64,000 nt of DNA from Squalus acanthias (taxonomy: Eukaryota): contig CM059433.1 of the NCBI GenBank assembly GCA_030390025.1, positions 17,920,001 to 17,984,000 of the forward strand. Reading direction: 5' to 3'. This document shows positions 50,361 through 62,231 of the stretch, piece by piece. The stretch's first letter is position 1; the number at the start of each line of letters is the position of its first letter. The notes beneath the pieces are model-generated. The model was not told the origin of the DNA. It ran no database searches and was given only the letters and a program-made list of their open reading frames with translations. The position numbers and the translations under genes are program-made.

Positions 50361-51120
50361 GGCCCAAAAATTCGGCTGAATACGGGAGAGTACGAACTGT
50401 GCACTCTCGCGTATTCAGTCCCGAAGTGCCGGTTTCCTGCATGCACTGTGCATGCGCGGGAAACCGGCACTTCCGGTATGGCGAAGGGGGCGGTTCCTAA
50501 GTGAACCGCGTGCGCACTACAGGCTGTGCGCACGCAGCACACTTAGGTTTTTTTTCAGGTTTCAACGCGAAGCTAAGTATGGAAAATTTTACACATGAAG
50601 AAAGGAGGCGTAAGACCCCCTTTTAACAAGGTAAGTAGTTAATTATTATTTTAAATTTTTTTCAACAGGTTTATCTTTTTTAGAGACTTTAAAGAAAGGT
50701 AAGTATATTTTTATAACTTTTAAAAAGAATTTAAATTTTTTCAAAAATTTAAATTTTTGTTTAAAGTGGTTAATTTATTTAACTATAGTTATTTTATTAA
50801 TGTGATGGTTTTTTTTTAAATTTATTTGAGGTTTCGCTGTTCTTTTGGGGGCAATTTGTATTCATAATTTTGACAGTTCTCCTGTCAAAGCTATGAATGA
50901 AAGATGGTGTGCTGCCATTGGCTCTCCATGCCCCACGTGATCCCAGAGGTCGCATCGAACTAACTGCGCCTCTGGGACACGCACACACTGCGCGCCGGCA
51001 CCAGGGAGAGGCCCAGGTGCTGAAGTTCGTATGGGCCCGAAACACAACGGCCGGCGCGGAGTGTGATATCGCGGGGGATCCTTACCCCCGCGGCAAGACT
51101 ACGAGTCAAATTTCTGGGCC
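50361..51120. mobile_element. PIF/Harbinger MITE related to family B
   Basis: TIRs GGCCCAAAAATTCG...CAAATTTCTGGGCC, TSD AAT/CAT. Confidence 0.83.
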
Positions 51121-51513
51121 CATGTAATGGAAGGGGAATGATTACGAGCTCATTTACCCTCTGGTTTGTTGGGCTATGTGTCTATGACATCAAAAATAAA
51201 CATTGGTGAATTTGTATGCTCATCAAGACGATAGCTAACCTTGGTGGGAATTGGAACATTTTCCCATTTCAGCCACTCAGTTTTATTATCAAGCATTCCC
51301 AGGTCAGGTACAGCGCTGTCAGGATGTATTTACGATGTAGCTACTAGTCTTGAGGCTGACAGCAGCAGTTCCGATTCCAGCAAGGCACAACATGTTGACA
51401 TTGCTTGTCTTTTTCCTGGCTGGAACTTGAACTCCCTGTTTAGGACAGTGTTCTGTGCATGCCTGGCCATATGTACACACATGTTACATTTTTGGGTCTT
51501 TTCTAAACTTATT

Positions 51514-53218
51514 GGCCGGAAGTTTGCCTACCTGGGCGCGGGTCTGGTGCGGGCAGTGTCCGTGGCGGGTCGTGACCCCGCTGCTGGCTCCATCCCACTG
51601 TTGAAAATGAACTTACCTTAATGGGGCCGATTAAGCCCGCCCAGCACGATAGAGCAGGTCTAGTGACGTCATTCATGACGAGTTTTCAGCGGGATCTTTA
51701 AAGGGACCATGGCCACATTAGATTTGAAGTTTAATCTAACAGTGCTGTCAGTGCGCTACAGCATTGGAGTGCTGCAAACACTGACAATGACTGCACAGAG
51801 GCAGAGGGCTGCACCCAGGCTCTCCGATGACTCCCTCCATATGCTTATGGAGGGAGTCAGAGCACGCAGGGAGGTCCTCTTCCCTTCCCATGGGCGGAAG
51901 AGACCTCCCCAGGAGACCGAGACAGCCTGGTTGCAGTTGGCAGAGGAGGTCACAAGCAGGGATGTGGTCAGGAGGACCTGGGCGCAGTGCCGCAAACGTT
52001 TCAATTATCTCATTAGATCAGGAAGCGTTAGTACAAAGCCACACTCAACTGCATCCTGCTGTGCCTCTCATCACATCCCCATCACTCTGCCTTCCCTACC
52101 CTACTCCCGCACATCCTTACTCACACCAACATACCTTGCACCTCCACCCATCCCTCTCTATCTACATTATCACATCCCCATCTCACTAGCCACCCCTCAC
52201 ACTCACCCTCATCCTAGTGCAATCATACCAACTAACAACACACAAGGGTAGGCACTTGGATGTTTTATCCAATGTTCATGCAAAGTTTCTGTTAATGTGG
52301 TGTCAAACATTGAAACCTTTATTTTCAACACTGCTTTATTGGACAGATTTGTATGCACCTTTGGAAGTGGCTTAGTGAGTTGCAGTGAAAGGTGAGACAT
52401 AACGGTACACCCCCGCAATGGTGATGAGCATGAAAGAAATGGCTTAGTCATTGTGGGGATGCTTTATGGTGTTGGTGTGGGGTGGGGCCAACCTGGCACA
52501 TCATGTGGCAGCCATATGGGTGTACAGCGTGAAGTTAATTAAATCTGGCCTTGGCCTCCCGGGCAGCAATGTGCTCAGGTGCTGATGCCCTCTGTCGTGT
52601 GCAGCATCAGGTGATTGCGGAGAAGGTTGGTGTTATTGTTGGTGTGCCTGGTGATGCTGGTGTTGGGGCTGATCATGGTGGGATTCTGAGGACCAAGGTG
52701 AGACAGTATAAACGACAGCCATGCTGATGGAATTGATGGCAGGTGAAGTAGAGATGACAGAAGCGATCTGTCAATGGTGGGAGAGGTTCTTCCAATGAGG
52801 TGAGACTGGATGGAGACCTTGCTGGAAACACTTGCAGCCTGCAGAATCTGTGCTGGGAATGGACTGAGCAACAGCTTCTGCCTGAGGAAAGTGATCTCTG
52901 TCAGGTGGGAGCTTTTACTGTACATTTGATGCTGTCAAGTAATCAGCTGGAGCAATGACCACGGAACTCCCACCTCAGGTTGACAGACGTGGTTCCCGAG
53001 CTCTGTGAACCCCGTGGCCATGCAGGCAAATTTAAAAAGTAAGTGAAAAAAGGCTCTTAGATGCCTGTAAACTACCTGATGATGATGACAGACACGCCTG
53101 GGGGAAAGGCACGTGAGATCGAAATGACAGTGGATTCCTGACCCGCTGTCAAAAATAACAACTTTCCCACCCGACCTGCCACCGATCGCGCCCGCTACCA
53201 CCCCGGAAAATTCTGGCC
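51514..53218 (+). mobile_element. Internally deleted PIF/Harbinger with an intact first Myb/SANT-like exon (51787-52026)
   Basis: TIRs GGCCGGAAGTTTGCC...GGAAAATTCTGGCC, TSD ATT. MTAQRQRAAPRLSDDSLHMLMEGVRARREVLFPSHGRKRPPQETETAWLQLAEEVTSRDVVRRTWAQCRKRFNYLIRSGS followed by gttagt. Confidence 0.87.
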
Positions 53219-53711
53219 ATTATTCTATATTATTTCAGTCTCAGATTACTCTCATGGGCAAGTCCCAACTCTCCATACTTGTGAGAGTGTCTGTCTTGCC
53301 TTGAAAGCTGATGAGCTTCCAGTAATGCGACTGAGAAATGAACAGCAAAACCCTTAGCTACTGGACTTTACCCTATGTCCCCATAAGTTCTCACTTCAGG
53401 CTTCAAAAGCAGTAGCATATCACCATCAGACCTGATTCAAAGGTTAAAATATCACACAAAAGATGAACAAGCAAGTGACTAGCAGTTATATAATGTTGTT
53501 ATATATTTACAGTAGACGTCCTTCCACCATCTCCTCAAGTGCCCAAAATTAAAAAAAAGAATTGTGCGCTCCCAGATTGTGATTTTCCATCCATTAACCA
53601 AAGGTTGGAAGTGCGGAATTTTCCAACATGAACTCCTGGGCATGTACCATAGGCGCAGAAGAGGAATTTTTATCCTATAAAGTTCTTTCAATAAAGCAAA
53701 TTGGAAATAAT

Positions 53712-54400
53712 GGGGCTGAAAGACCTGCGGGGCCAACATCCCAGCATAAGTTGCGGGGGGATGTGCCCACCCGAGACCTATGGTGCTGACCCAGGTAGAG
53801 TTCGTAGGGTCAGGGCAGGGGGGTAGGTCCTTAATTTAAATACCCTAGGTGGACACCCATAATACATGGGGCACATCTTGGACCTCCCGCCCACCAAAGG
53901 AGACCTGGAACCCCAATGGAGGTAGCCAGGTTGGGGGTGGGGGCGGAAATGCCCCCAACCCATAAAGATAGAGTAAGCACGGAGAAAGCTTCTTTCTTTG
54001 GGGGTCTGTGCCATAACCCTGGCCTGGACTGCTAGCTGGGATACTTCTGCCACTTGGCCGTCGGTACTCCTGGTCTTACTCGGCGTACCAGTCACCAATG
54101 CTGCCCCTGGTGTATCCCTGGCCAGGCCCACAGATCCTCCCGGCCTGGACTGCCAGCCCCTGGCCACCACCTCCTATGCCGCTGGCCCTGTTTGGAGTAG
54201 ATAGAGGCGCCACCCCCTAATAAGGTCCCATTGGAAACTTTGGGAGAAGACCAGGATGAGGTGTATCCAGGTCCTGGCCTAATTTCCAGCCTATCTGCCA
54301 CACTCCCACTGGAGTTACAACTGGGGTGCACCAGAATGACTGTGGATTTTTGGCCTCCACGCCTTTAAGTACTTTCAATACCACATTAAAATTGCCAGTC
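53712..54400. mobile_element. Degenerate Harbinger-like MITE
   Basis: GC-rich island starting GAAAT-AAT|GGGGCTGAAG. Right terminus not resolved. Confidence 0.35.
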
Positions 54401-55667
54401 TTGAGCATGACCTCTATGAATAGTCACTTATTGTTGAAAAAAGCACTTTTTCCCTTTTCTCCAAAACAAACATTGAGTGCACTATCAGCATAGCACAGGC
54501 CTTCCACTCCAATAGTTTTTACGGACTGATGTGGAAGGCAGACTCTCGCTTCTTCATGCAGTATGTCATCAGTCTCGCACCTTACTTTTACTTGAAAGAA
54601 AATTGTCTGAGTGATTCATGTACAGCAAATTGAGGAGAGTATTGCACCTCTTTATCTCAATATATTTTCAAGTGTTTGTGTTTCGCATGGGTAGAGCAGA
54701 GAATCAGCAGAAGATAAGTGTTATCACTAAGAAAATTTCTATTACATTTTGTGTTACATCATGCTTAATTTAAACAGACAGAAAATTGAGCAGGCTGTGT
54801 AAGGGCCATACAATCCTCCAGGCCCAATATGCACCACTATGTGATGATCTGCACAGGACCGTAACAAACGCACTCTTCTCTAACCAATGCTGGGTTTGAA
54901 TTGGAACTAACATATGTGTACTCCTGTTAAGTATATCGCTGATTTCCTATCATTTCTAAAATACTTAACAGAATTTATATAAACTATATTGTATCCCATT
55001 TAAATTAGTTTGGGACAATGCTCTTTTAGAGTAACCCAATAAGGTTGGTCAGGACAGATTAAAGACTTCATAATAGTCTTAAATCGGGTAAGCCTCCGTG
55101 AAGTGCTTCGCGATGTTTTTCTACATTAAAAACACTATCATGCTGTTCTTGAGTAGAAAAGAAAATTTTAAATATAACTAAGACATATTTACCCTCTTCC
55201 CCTCACAATTCTGTGCGACAAATTTCTGATCTTGTCCACCTTGTCAGTCCCACGAGAAAACATGAGGTTCAGCAATTCCGATTAGGAAGCAAGCTTTGGA
55301 GAACGGGTGAGTAAATGACCTTGAGTTGCGATTGTGCATTTCTTTGTGTGAAGTTCAAGAGTTGTCCGAGCCCTTTGAAGAGGGCAATTGCCTGCCCGCT
55401 GCCTCAGGAGGGGAATCGGGGATGACTCAAGGAATGGAAACTAAAGAGTGAGTTGGAACAATTAATACTGAAGGTTATTCTTTCAACTGTACAACAGCAC
55501 AGTTAGGTTCAGTGTAAGAATAGAAAAGGAGAGCGAAAAGTTGAGGACAAAGGTACTCGGTGCAAAAAAGCAATCGATAGCAAGATCAAAAGGAGACCTT
55601 GCCCAGATTAATGGAATGAAAAATTAGCAAATAGAACCAGAGATTAGAAAAAACAAATTTATAAACA

Positions 55668-56760
55668 GAAAATAGGAACATAAGAAATAGGAGCAGGAGT
55701 AGGCCATACGGCCCATCGAGCCTGCTCCGCCATTCAATATCATGGCTGAACTTCTAAATCCACTTTCCCGTCCTATCCCCATATCCCTTGATTCCCTTAG
55801 TGCCCAAAATGTCTATTGATCACAATCTTGAATATACTCATCGACTGAGCATCCACAGCCCTCTAGAATAGAGAATTCCAAAGATTCACAACCGTCTGAG
55901 TAAAGAAATTTCTCCTCATCTCAGTCCTGAGTGGCTGACTCCTTATCCTGAGACTATGGGGGAGAAACTGGGTGCCTTTGCGCCTCCTGTTAGCGCCCCC
56001 AAGGGGCGATAACGGGGCGCAAATGGCTTTGCGACCGGGTGCGGCGCTGACATCGACTCCTGCCATATCCGGCGGGAGTTTTGCGGTGGCGCTAAGGTGT
56101 TGTGCCCCGATCTCCTTCGCCCGGAGATCATGACGTCACTGCTGTGCGCATCGCCCCGGTAGCGCCCCGGACTCAAAATTGACTTCCGCCCCCTGCAGCA
56201 GCGCCGGGTGAAAACACCGACAGCTGCAGGAGGCGTGCATCGGGCAACCGGTCGCTTCGGGGGCGATGATTAAAGGCGAGGTGGCCGAGGTAAGTGGAAA
56301 AAAAACCTACCTTTCCGGTTCTAGTTTTTTTCGCGGGTTCCTGCCCGCGATCGATCTGCTTGAGTGCCGGGCTGATCGCACGGGATCGCGGCTGCCTTGG
56401 TGGTCCAGGTAGGTACTTTTTAAATTGCAGAGCCTGCAGCGATGGCCCTTCCCCTCAAGGGAGGGAAGGAGCCTTTGAACGCAGCAGCGCGGCACGGCCC
56501 AGTGTGCAGTGCTACTGAAGTCTCCACCCTGCTCTCCGAAGTTAGCGCCCTAAGAAGGAAGTGGAATGCTTGATTTAGTGCTCCACTTCCCTCTTGAGGC
56601 GCTAAAACTTAATTTCACAGTCGCCAGATGCTAATTAGCGCCAGGGCGATGTTAGTGCCCCAAAATGGTCGATACCGAATTTCCCCGCCCACCCCCATGA
56701 CTCCTATTTCTAGACTCTCCAGCCAGGGGAAACAGCCTCTCAGCATCTGCCCTGTCAAGT
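55668..56760 (-). mobile_element. CR1 3' fragment interrupted by a MITE at 55958-56695
   Basis: CR1 3' UTR and RNFFTQ motif; the sequence gagactat|gactcc resumes after the MITE. Confidence 0.85.
55958..56695. mobile_element. CpG-rich PIF/Harbinger-like MITE
   Basis: GGGGGAGAAACTGGGT...ACCGAATTTCCCC termini, TAT/CAT flanks, repeated subterminal TAGCGCC motifs. Confidence 0.75.
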
Positions 56761-57459
56761 GTATAAATCACATATTCCAGAAAGGAAAAAGGGAGTGCAG
56801 CAAGAGCTAGGGATCAATGTAGGAATATGAAGATTAGATCAACTTTGAAATTTAAAAAGAGCATTTAGCACTTATAGAGCAGATAAAAGTAAGCCATGAC
56901 AAGTATAAGGAATATACAAAACTTACAAAAAGAGAGATTAGAAAAGCTGAGAGGAAGTATGAGTGAAATTAGAAAAAATGTAAAGGGTAACAAAAAGAAT
57001 TTCTCTCGGCACATTAGTAGTATAAGAATTATCACGGTATGGATAGGGTCACTAAGAGATTCTCTGCTACAAACTGTGTTGAAACAGAGTCCATAAGTTT
57101 GTTAAGAGGGAGTGAAATGGTTGTTTAATAAAAAAGAAACATTATGGAGCACGAGCATTGAGCAGGAGAATGGAATTAGACTTGAAAACTCAGGTGGAGC
57201 AAAATAGGCCAAATGGTCTGTTGCCATGCAGCTACATTCTATGATTCTGTAACAGAACAAATGCCCCCAAGATCATCCCATCTGCTGCATGATCCAAGAT
57301 TTCCCAGTTATCTCAAACAGAGAAGATCATCACAAATCCATCATGTCTCTGAGATTCCCCTTGCCCGTCCTATACTTCTTAATATAACAGTGAGGCGGCG
57401 CAATGACTTAGGACAGAAAAGCCTAAGTGCGCTATGCCTGTCAAGGCCTTTCGGTGCCA

Positions 57460-57640
57460 GATTGTGCTGTCCTGGGCCATTCACATGGCTTGCCCCGTTT
57501 GGGATTCCGGGGCACTGTCCCCAGAGGACAACAATGTGGCGTGGCTGGCAGGAGGTGATGGCTAGGGCCACTGCCGTGTACAATACTTGGAAACATATGC
57601 AGAAGAAGATGGCACACCTTAAGGAAATGGCCAAGATATG
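57460..57640 (+). pseudogene. Possible highly decayed Harbinger Myb/SANT-like exon
   Basis: PFGIPGHCPQRTTMWRGWQEVMARATAVYNTWKHMQKKMAHLKEMAK resembles the W..W..KK..L spacing of the other Myb ORFs here. Confidence 0.35.
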
Positions 57641-58274
57641 GCCAAACAACAGTATCATCAACCAAGTAGATGGTCTAAAGATGTATACTGCAAAGTGATG
57701 GCTGTCGACCTGCTACACATTTACTACTGGCCCATGCAAAGCCCTCAGATAGCCTTACTGCTCTTTCTTTGCTCACCCCGCCCACACCCCAGCAGGGTGC
57801 ACACTCATACAACTGAAACCCTCGGCACACTCACACGTCGTAAGAACTTCACACAGCAAATCAGCACTCTGCATCCCTTTCACTGACATCTGCAAGCACA
57901 AGCACAGCTACATACATCGCAGAGGATGCAGTTAATGAGCTTGAGGGGGTAACACAGGACGAGTCCGCATGGATAGGTGAGGAGGAGCAAATGGTCATGC
58001 CAGAGGAGAAGCTACCTGGTTGGCTAAATGACTGCTGTAATGTCCTTGCAAGTTGCAACACTGCAGGGACAGTGACTTGCTGTATCTTGTTCCTGTTAAT
58101 ATTCAGCAGTAAAGCAGGTGGAAGTGCTAGCCTTGCTGACCAATGCACAAGTCACCTTTTTGATACATCTCTGGGCAGCACATTGACTGGCACTGCAGAT
58201 GATTCCAATGCTGGTGTAGAAGGAGGTGGAGGAGGATGTATTGAGAGCGGTGGTGACATTGACTGATTCATAAT

Positions 58275-58529
58275 GGCCCAAAAAGGTCTCCTGTCAAATC
58301 TATGAATGAAAGATGGTCTGCTGCCATTGGCTCTCCATGGCCCCCGTGATCCCAGGGGTCGCATCGCACTAACTGCGCCCCTGGAACACGCAAGCACTGC
58401 GCGCCGGCTCTTGGGAGAGGCCCGGGACCCAAAGTTCCTGTGGGCCCAAAACACAACGGCAGGCGCGGTGGGTAAGAGCGCGCGCGATCCTTACCCCCAC
58501 GGCAAGCCGGCCACGCGAATTTCTAGGCC
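58275..58529. mobile_element. Short internal-deletion derivative of the 50361-51120 MITE family
   Basis: GGCCCAAAAA...AATTTCTAGGCC, TSD AAT; body matches 50877-51120. Confidence 0.8.
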
Positions 58530-58545
58530 AATGTCACCCCTATGT

Positions 58546-58690
58546 TAAGAACACAAGAAATAAGAGCAGAAGTAGGCCATACGGCCCCTCGAGCCTGCTC
58601 CACCATTCAATAAGATCACGGTTGATCATCGACCTCAACTCCACTTTCCCGCCCGATCTCCATATCCCTTGATTCCCCCAGAGTCCCCTA
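58546..58690 (-). mobile_element. CR1 3' UTR fragment
   Basis: Matches the other CR1 3' UTRs in the window. Confidence 0.8.
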
Positions 58691-58917
58691 GAGCAGGTAT
58701 CCTTGCAACAGATGATGCATCTCTGCAACTGCCTCTCTGCTGACATGGAGCCTGAGAAGAAATTGGTGATCATTGTCAAGTATGTGTGCCAGAGCCTGCA
58801 GACACAGTCAGTAGCATATTGCATGATGTGGTCATTCCTGCTCCAGTGCCAACTGAGCTCTCTGGCATGTGCCGTTTCATCTTGTACCACTTGGACCATA
58901 AAATACTGGGGATAATT

Positions 58918-59222
58918 TTAGAATCATAGAATTTACAGCACAGAAGGAGGCCATTCGGCCCATTCGTGTCTGTGCTGGCTGAAAAAGAGCTCTCCAGCCT
59001 AATCCCACTTTCCGGCTCTTGGTCCTGTAGCCTTGTAGGTTACAGCACTTCAAGTACATATCCAAGTACTTTTTAAATGCGGTGAGCGTTTCTGCCTCTA
59101 CCTCCCTTTCAGGCAGTGAGTCCCAGACCCCCCACCACCCTCTGGGTGAAAAAAGTTCTCCTCAACTCCCCTCTAATCCTTCGACCAATTACTTTAAATC
59201 TATGCCCCCTAGTTATTGACCT
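58918..59222 (-). mobile_element. CR1 3' fragment
   Basis: ITRGHRFKVIGRRIRGELRRTFFTQRVV; tail tagaatcatagaat. Confidence 0.85.
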
Positions 59223-59378
59223 TAAAGTTTTGGCAATAATGTAAAATGGGCGATATCGGATTGACCACCCATTATACACCTCGCAAGTGAATGACAAGGA
59301 AAATCGGGCGGGGTTTATAACGTGTGGTTGATCCGATTTAGCCCGTTATACACTAGCGGCAAAAGTTGAAGTTGCCCC
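59223..59378. mobile_element. Short palindromic MITE
   Basis: Fold-back GTAAAATGGGCGATATCGGATTGACCAC...GTGGTTGATCCGATTTAGCCCGTTATAC. Confidence 0.55.
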
Positions 59379-59480
59379 ACTGTGTCTGGGCCACTTTAAA
59401 CACAGCCTTCCTCATTCATTTCACTTTGCCAGCTGCCACAAGACTCTCTACCTTGCAATTCATTTGTGGAGTCCCTGAGC

Positions 59481-59655
59481 TGCAGCAAAACAATTTATTG
59501 TATTCGGTCATTTGAATGAAGGGCAATTTGAAAGACCTTCATTGGTAAGCATTGTGCAGTGCAAATGTCTCAATGCACCTTGACTGAAGTTTTGAAGTTC
59601 TTTTAACACTCCCTTCATTCAAATGCCCTCATACAATAAATTGTTTTTCCAGCAT
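59481..59655. repeat. Imperfect inverted repeat of about 175 bp (old MITE-like hairpin)
   Basis: AAAACAATTTATTGTAT..CATTTGAATGAAGGG / CCCTTCATTCAAATG..ATACAATAAATTGTTTT. Confidence 0.7.
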
Positions 59656-59798
59656 CTGAGCGAATGTAATTATTACAGAGATTCATTGCAGCCTCCCAAC
59701 TGCTTCTTGTAAATTGACTTTGATAAGCTGTTCGTTTGTACTCGCTGACCTACACTTGATGAATGGAGCCACTTCCTCTGCAGAACCACTGTGTCTTT

Positions 59799-60636
59799 GG
59801 GCTGGATTTTCCAAGCCCCGAGGAGGCGGGCATGGAGGCGGGACAGCCGGCAAACTCGGAGAAAGTGGGGGCGGATGGCAAACCCGCCCCCATCCCGCCT
59901 CCGTGCCCTTTTGCCGGGAGGCGGGAAGATGTGCAGCTTCGGGTCCCGTCTCCTGGAGGCGGGAAAGGCATTTAATCCTTTTAACTGCCTGTTAACAGGT
60001 AGTTAACAGGCAGAAAAAAGGATTAGTGCCATTTTACCTTCACAGGTGAAGGCTTCCCGACCTCGGAGAACCCCGCCGGGTTGGAGGGGAAGTGGAGGAG
60101 GTCTGCGGCGGTCGGAGGCACCTGGAAGTAAGGTGTAGAGGTGAGTGATGGGTGCAAGTGTGGAGTGGTAAGTATGCAAGGTGAGTGATAAGTTTAAAAA
60201 AGTGTTCACTTACCTTGTTTTCTTTATACAGCCTTTAGCCGCGGTGGATCGGGAGAGCCGACATCCTGCTTGTCAATTTCACAGAATGGCTTTTGGAACC
60301 AATAACCATGTGAAATTTACAAATTTTAAAGGTTTGATGAGTCCTGAACACAAGGACTCATCAAACTAAAGAGAATGTCAGTGTTCGACAGCTTCACAGA
60401 GCTGTCAAATGTTGACATTTCTTCTTTGAAGAAGTCTTGACAGATAGCACGTCTGATGTTGACGTGATCTGTCAGTGACTTCCTCCCTAACTGGCCTGCT
60501 GAGCCCGCAGGGCGGGCTTAACAAGATCAATCAGGGGAAAATCGCTCTGGTTGGTCAGGCGAGGATGGAGGCGGGACATCGACACGACAAGCAGCAGTCC
60601 CACCTCCAACTCGCCTCCATTCACAAAATCCAGCCC
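59799..60636. mobile_element. PIF/Harbinger MITE, family A
   Basis: TIRs GGGCTGGATTTT...AAAATCCAGCCC, TSD TTT; aligns along its length with 474-1265. Confidence 0.9.
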
Positions 60637-60786
60637 TTTATCTCCCTTCTCCATGTTCAATATGTACTAATATAGCGGGTCTTCAATTTTAATTGCTGGC
60701 CTCTTCGAACTGCTTGCAATCAGTTTTATCTCTGTCAAGCTAGATAACGGTCCTTTCCCCATGGGTAACTCTCCCGTGGACATATT

Positions 60787-61496
60787 GGGCCTGAATTTGG
60801 GCAAATGCCTCCAAACCGCAAGAAAGTACGAACCGGAGGTGGTCCCGGAGGTTCGAACACTTGCACTCCTGGGCCTATACGCATACATAAAGGCCCACGT
60901 ATCCCGGTGCATGCGTCTCACAAGCGCCCCTGGGATCTTGTGGGCCAGGCCAACCAATCAAAAAGGGGGACCCCCATTATGCTTTTGGGGATTCCATTTG
61001 CGTACGGAATCCCCATAACCATGAATAGGAATCCCCTAAAAAACATGATTACACACCAGTTAAACAAAAATAAATCATTAAATGTTCAGAATTAATTAAA
61101 ATACAATTAAATTAAACATTTAAACAAAAATTAAATTAAAAAAAAATTTAAACATTTTAAAGGGGCTAAAAATAACTTAACCTAATTTTAAAGTTTTTTT
61201 TTATGTTTAAATAATTTTTTTAAATGATTTTAATATTTATTTAAACTCTTACGCTGGTAAAAGAAGGCCCTACGCCTGCTTTTACCAGGCGTAAGGGTTT
61301 CGTGGGCATTCGCTGGGCAGTAGTTGGGCAAATAGCCCAACTCTCCGCCAGCGAATGTCCATCACCCGGGGCTGCGGTGGATCTGCCAAGCTGAAACTTG
61401 AGAGATCGCAAGTTCCGGGTTTTCGCGCATGCGCATCGCACGAGGAAACCCGGAACTTGCGGGGCACTTACGACTGCGTACGCGAAAATCCGGGAC
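60787..61496. mobile_element. PIF/Harbinger MITE, family B, opposite orientation to 14046-14793
   Basis: Termini GGGCCTGAATTTG...CGAAAATCCGGGAC, TSD ATT. Confidence 0.83.
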
Positions 61497-62231
61497 ATTG
61501 ATTCATAAGAAAAAGCCATTGATTCTTGTGAATAGATCGACAACTTCAGTTGATTCAGAAGTCTGTAGGTGGTGTAGGTGGCTTTATGAACATGACAGTG
61601 TCAAAGCTACAGAAAGACATGCACATTTGTCTTACCTGCTCATCACCTCCATATAGATTGAAAGGTGGAACTTGTCTTTCATAGAAATCTAAAACTGGAC
61701 TGTCTAAGTGGTTGATTATTGAAAATGAGTTGGTTTTGGTGCATGACCGATAACTTCAATCATAATTCTGTTATTAAAGCTTATCAGGAGCTATGCAGAG
61801 AAATATCTGCACTCTATTATGTGTGCAACCTGAAATAAGATTGCTAACATGGCATGAAAACCATTCATTATAATAACAATTCATATCATTCCACAATACA
61901 GCACTCCCAGCGGGAAGCAGAGCTTGCAGGGTGTTCATCTCAGGAAATCACGAGCATCATTCCCTGCTGTGAGTGCCAGGTCATGGAATCAACCCCTGTA
62001 GTGACCTCTATCATCAGAAAATTACATGACACTTATTTTTTTTCCTTTCATTATTTCCCATTTTATCTCACATGCGTTCCAGCTCAAAGCACTTCAGTTA
62101 GGCAGCATGACAGCTCATTTATATTACAGAACTTCTGCCAGTAGAAGTACTTCTATAATATAAACCTTGTTGCCAAATCTGTCCTGCTTAAACGGTAGGG
62201 CAGATTTAGCAACAAGAAGTAACTGCCAATG

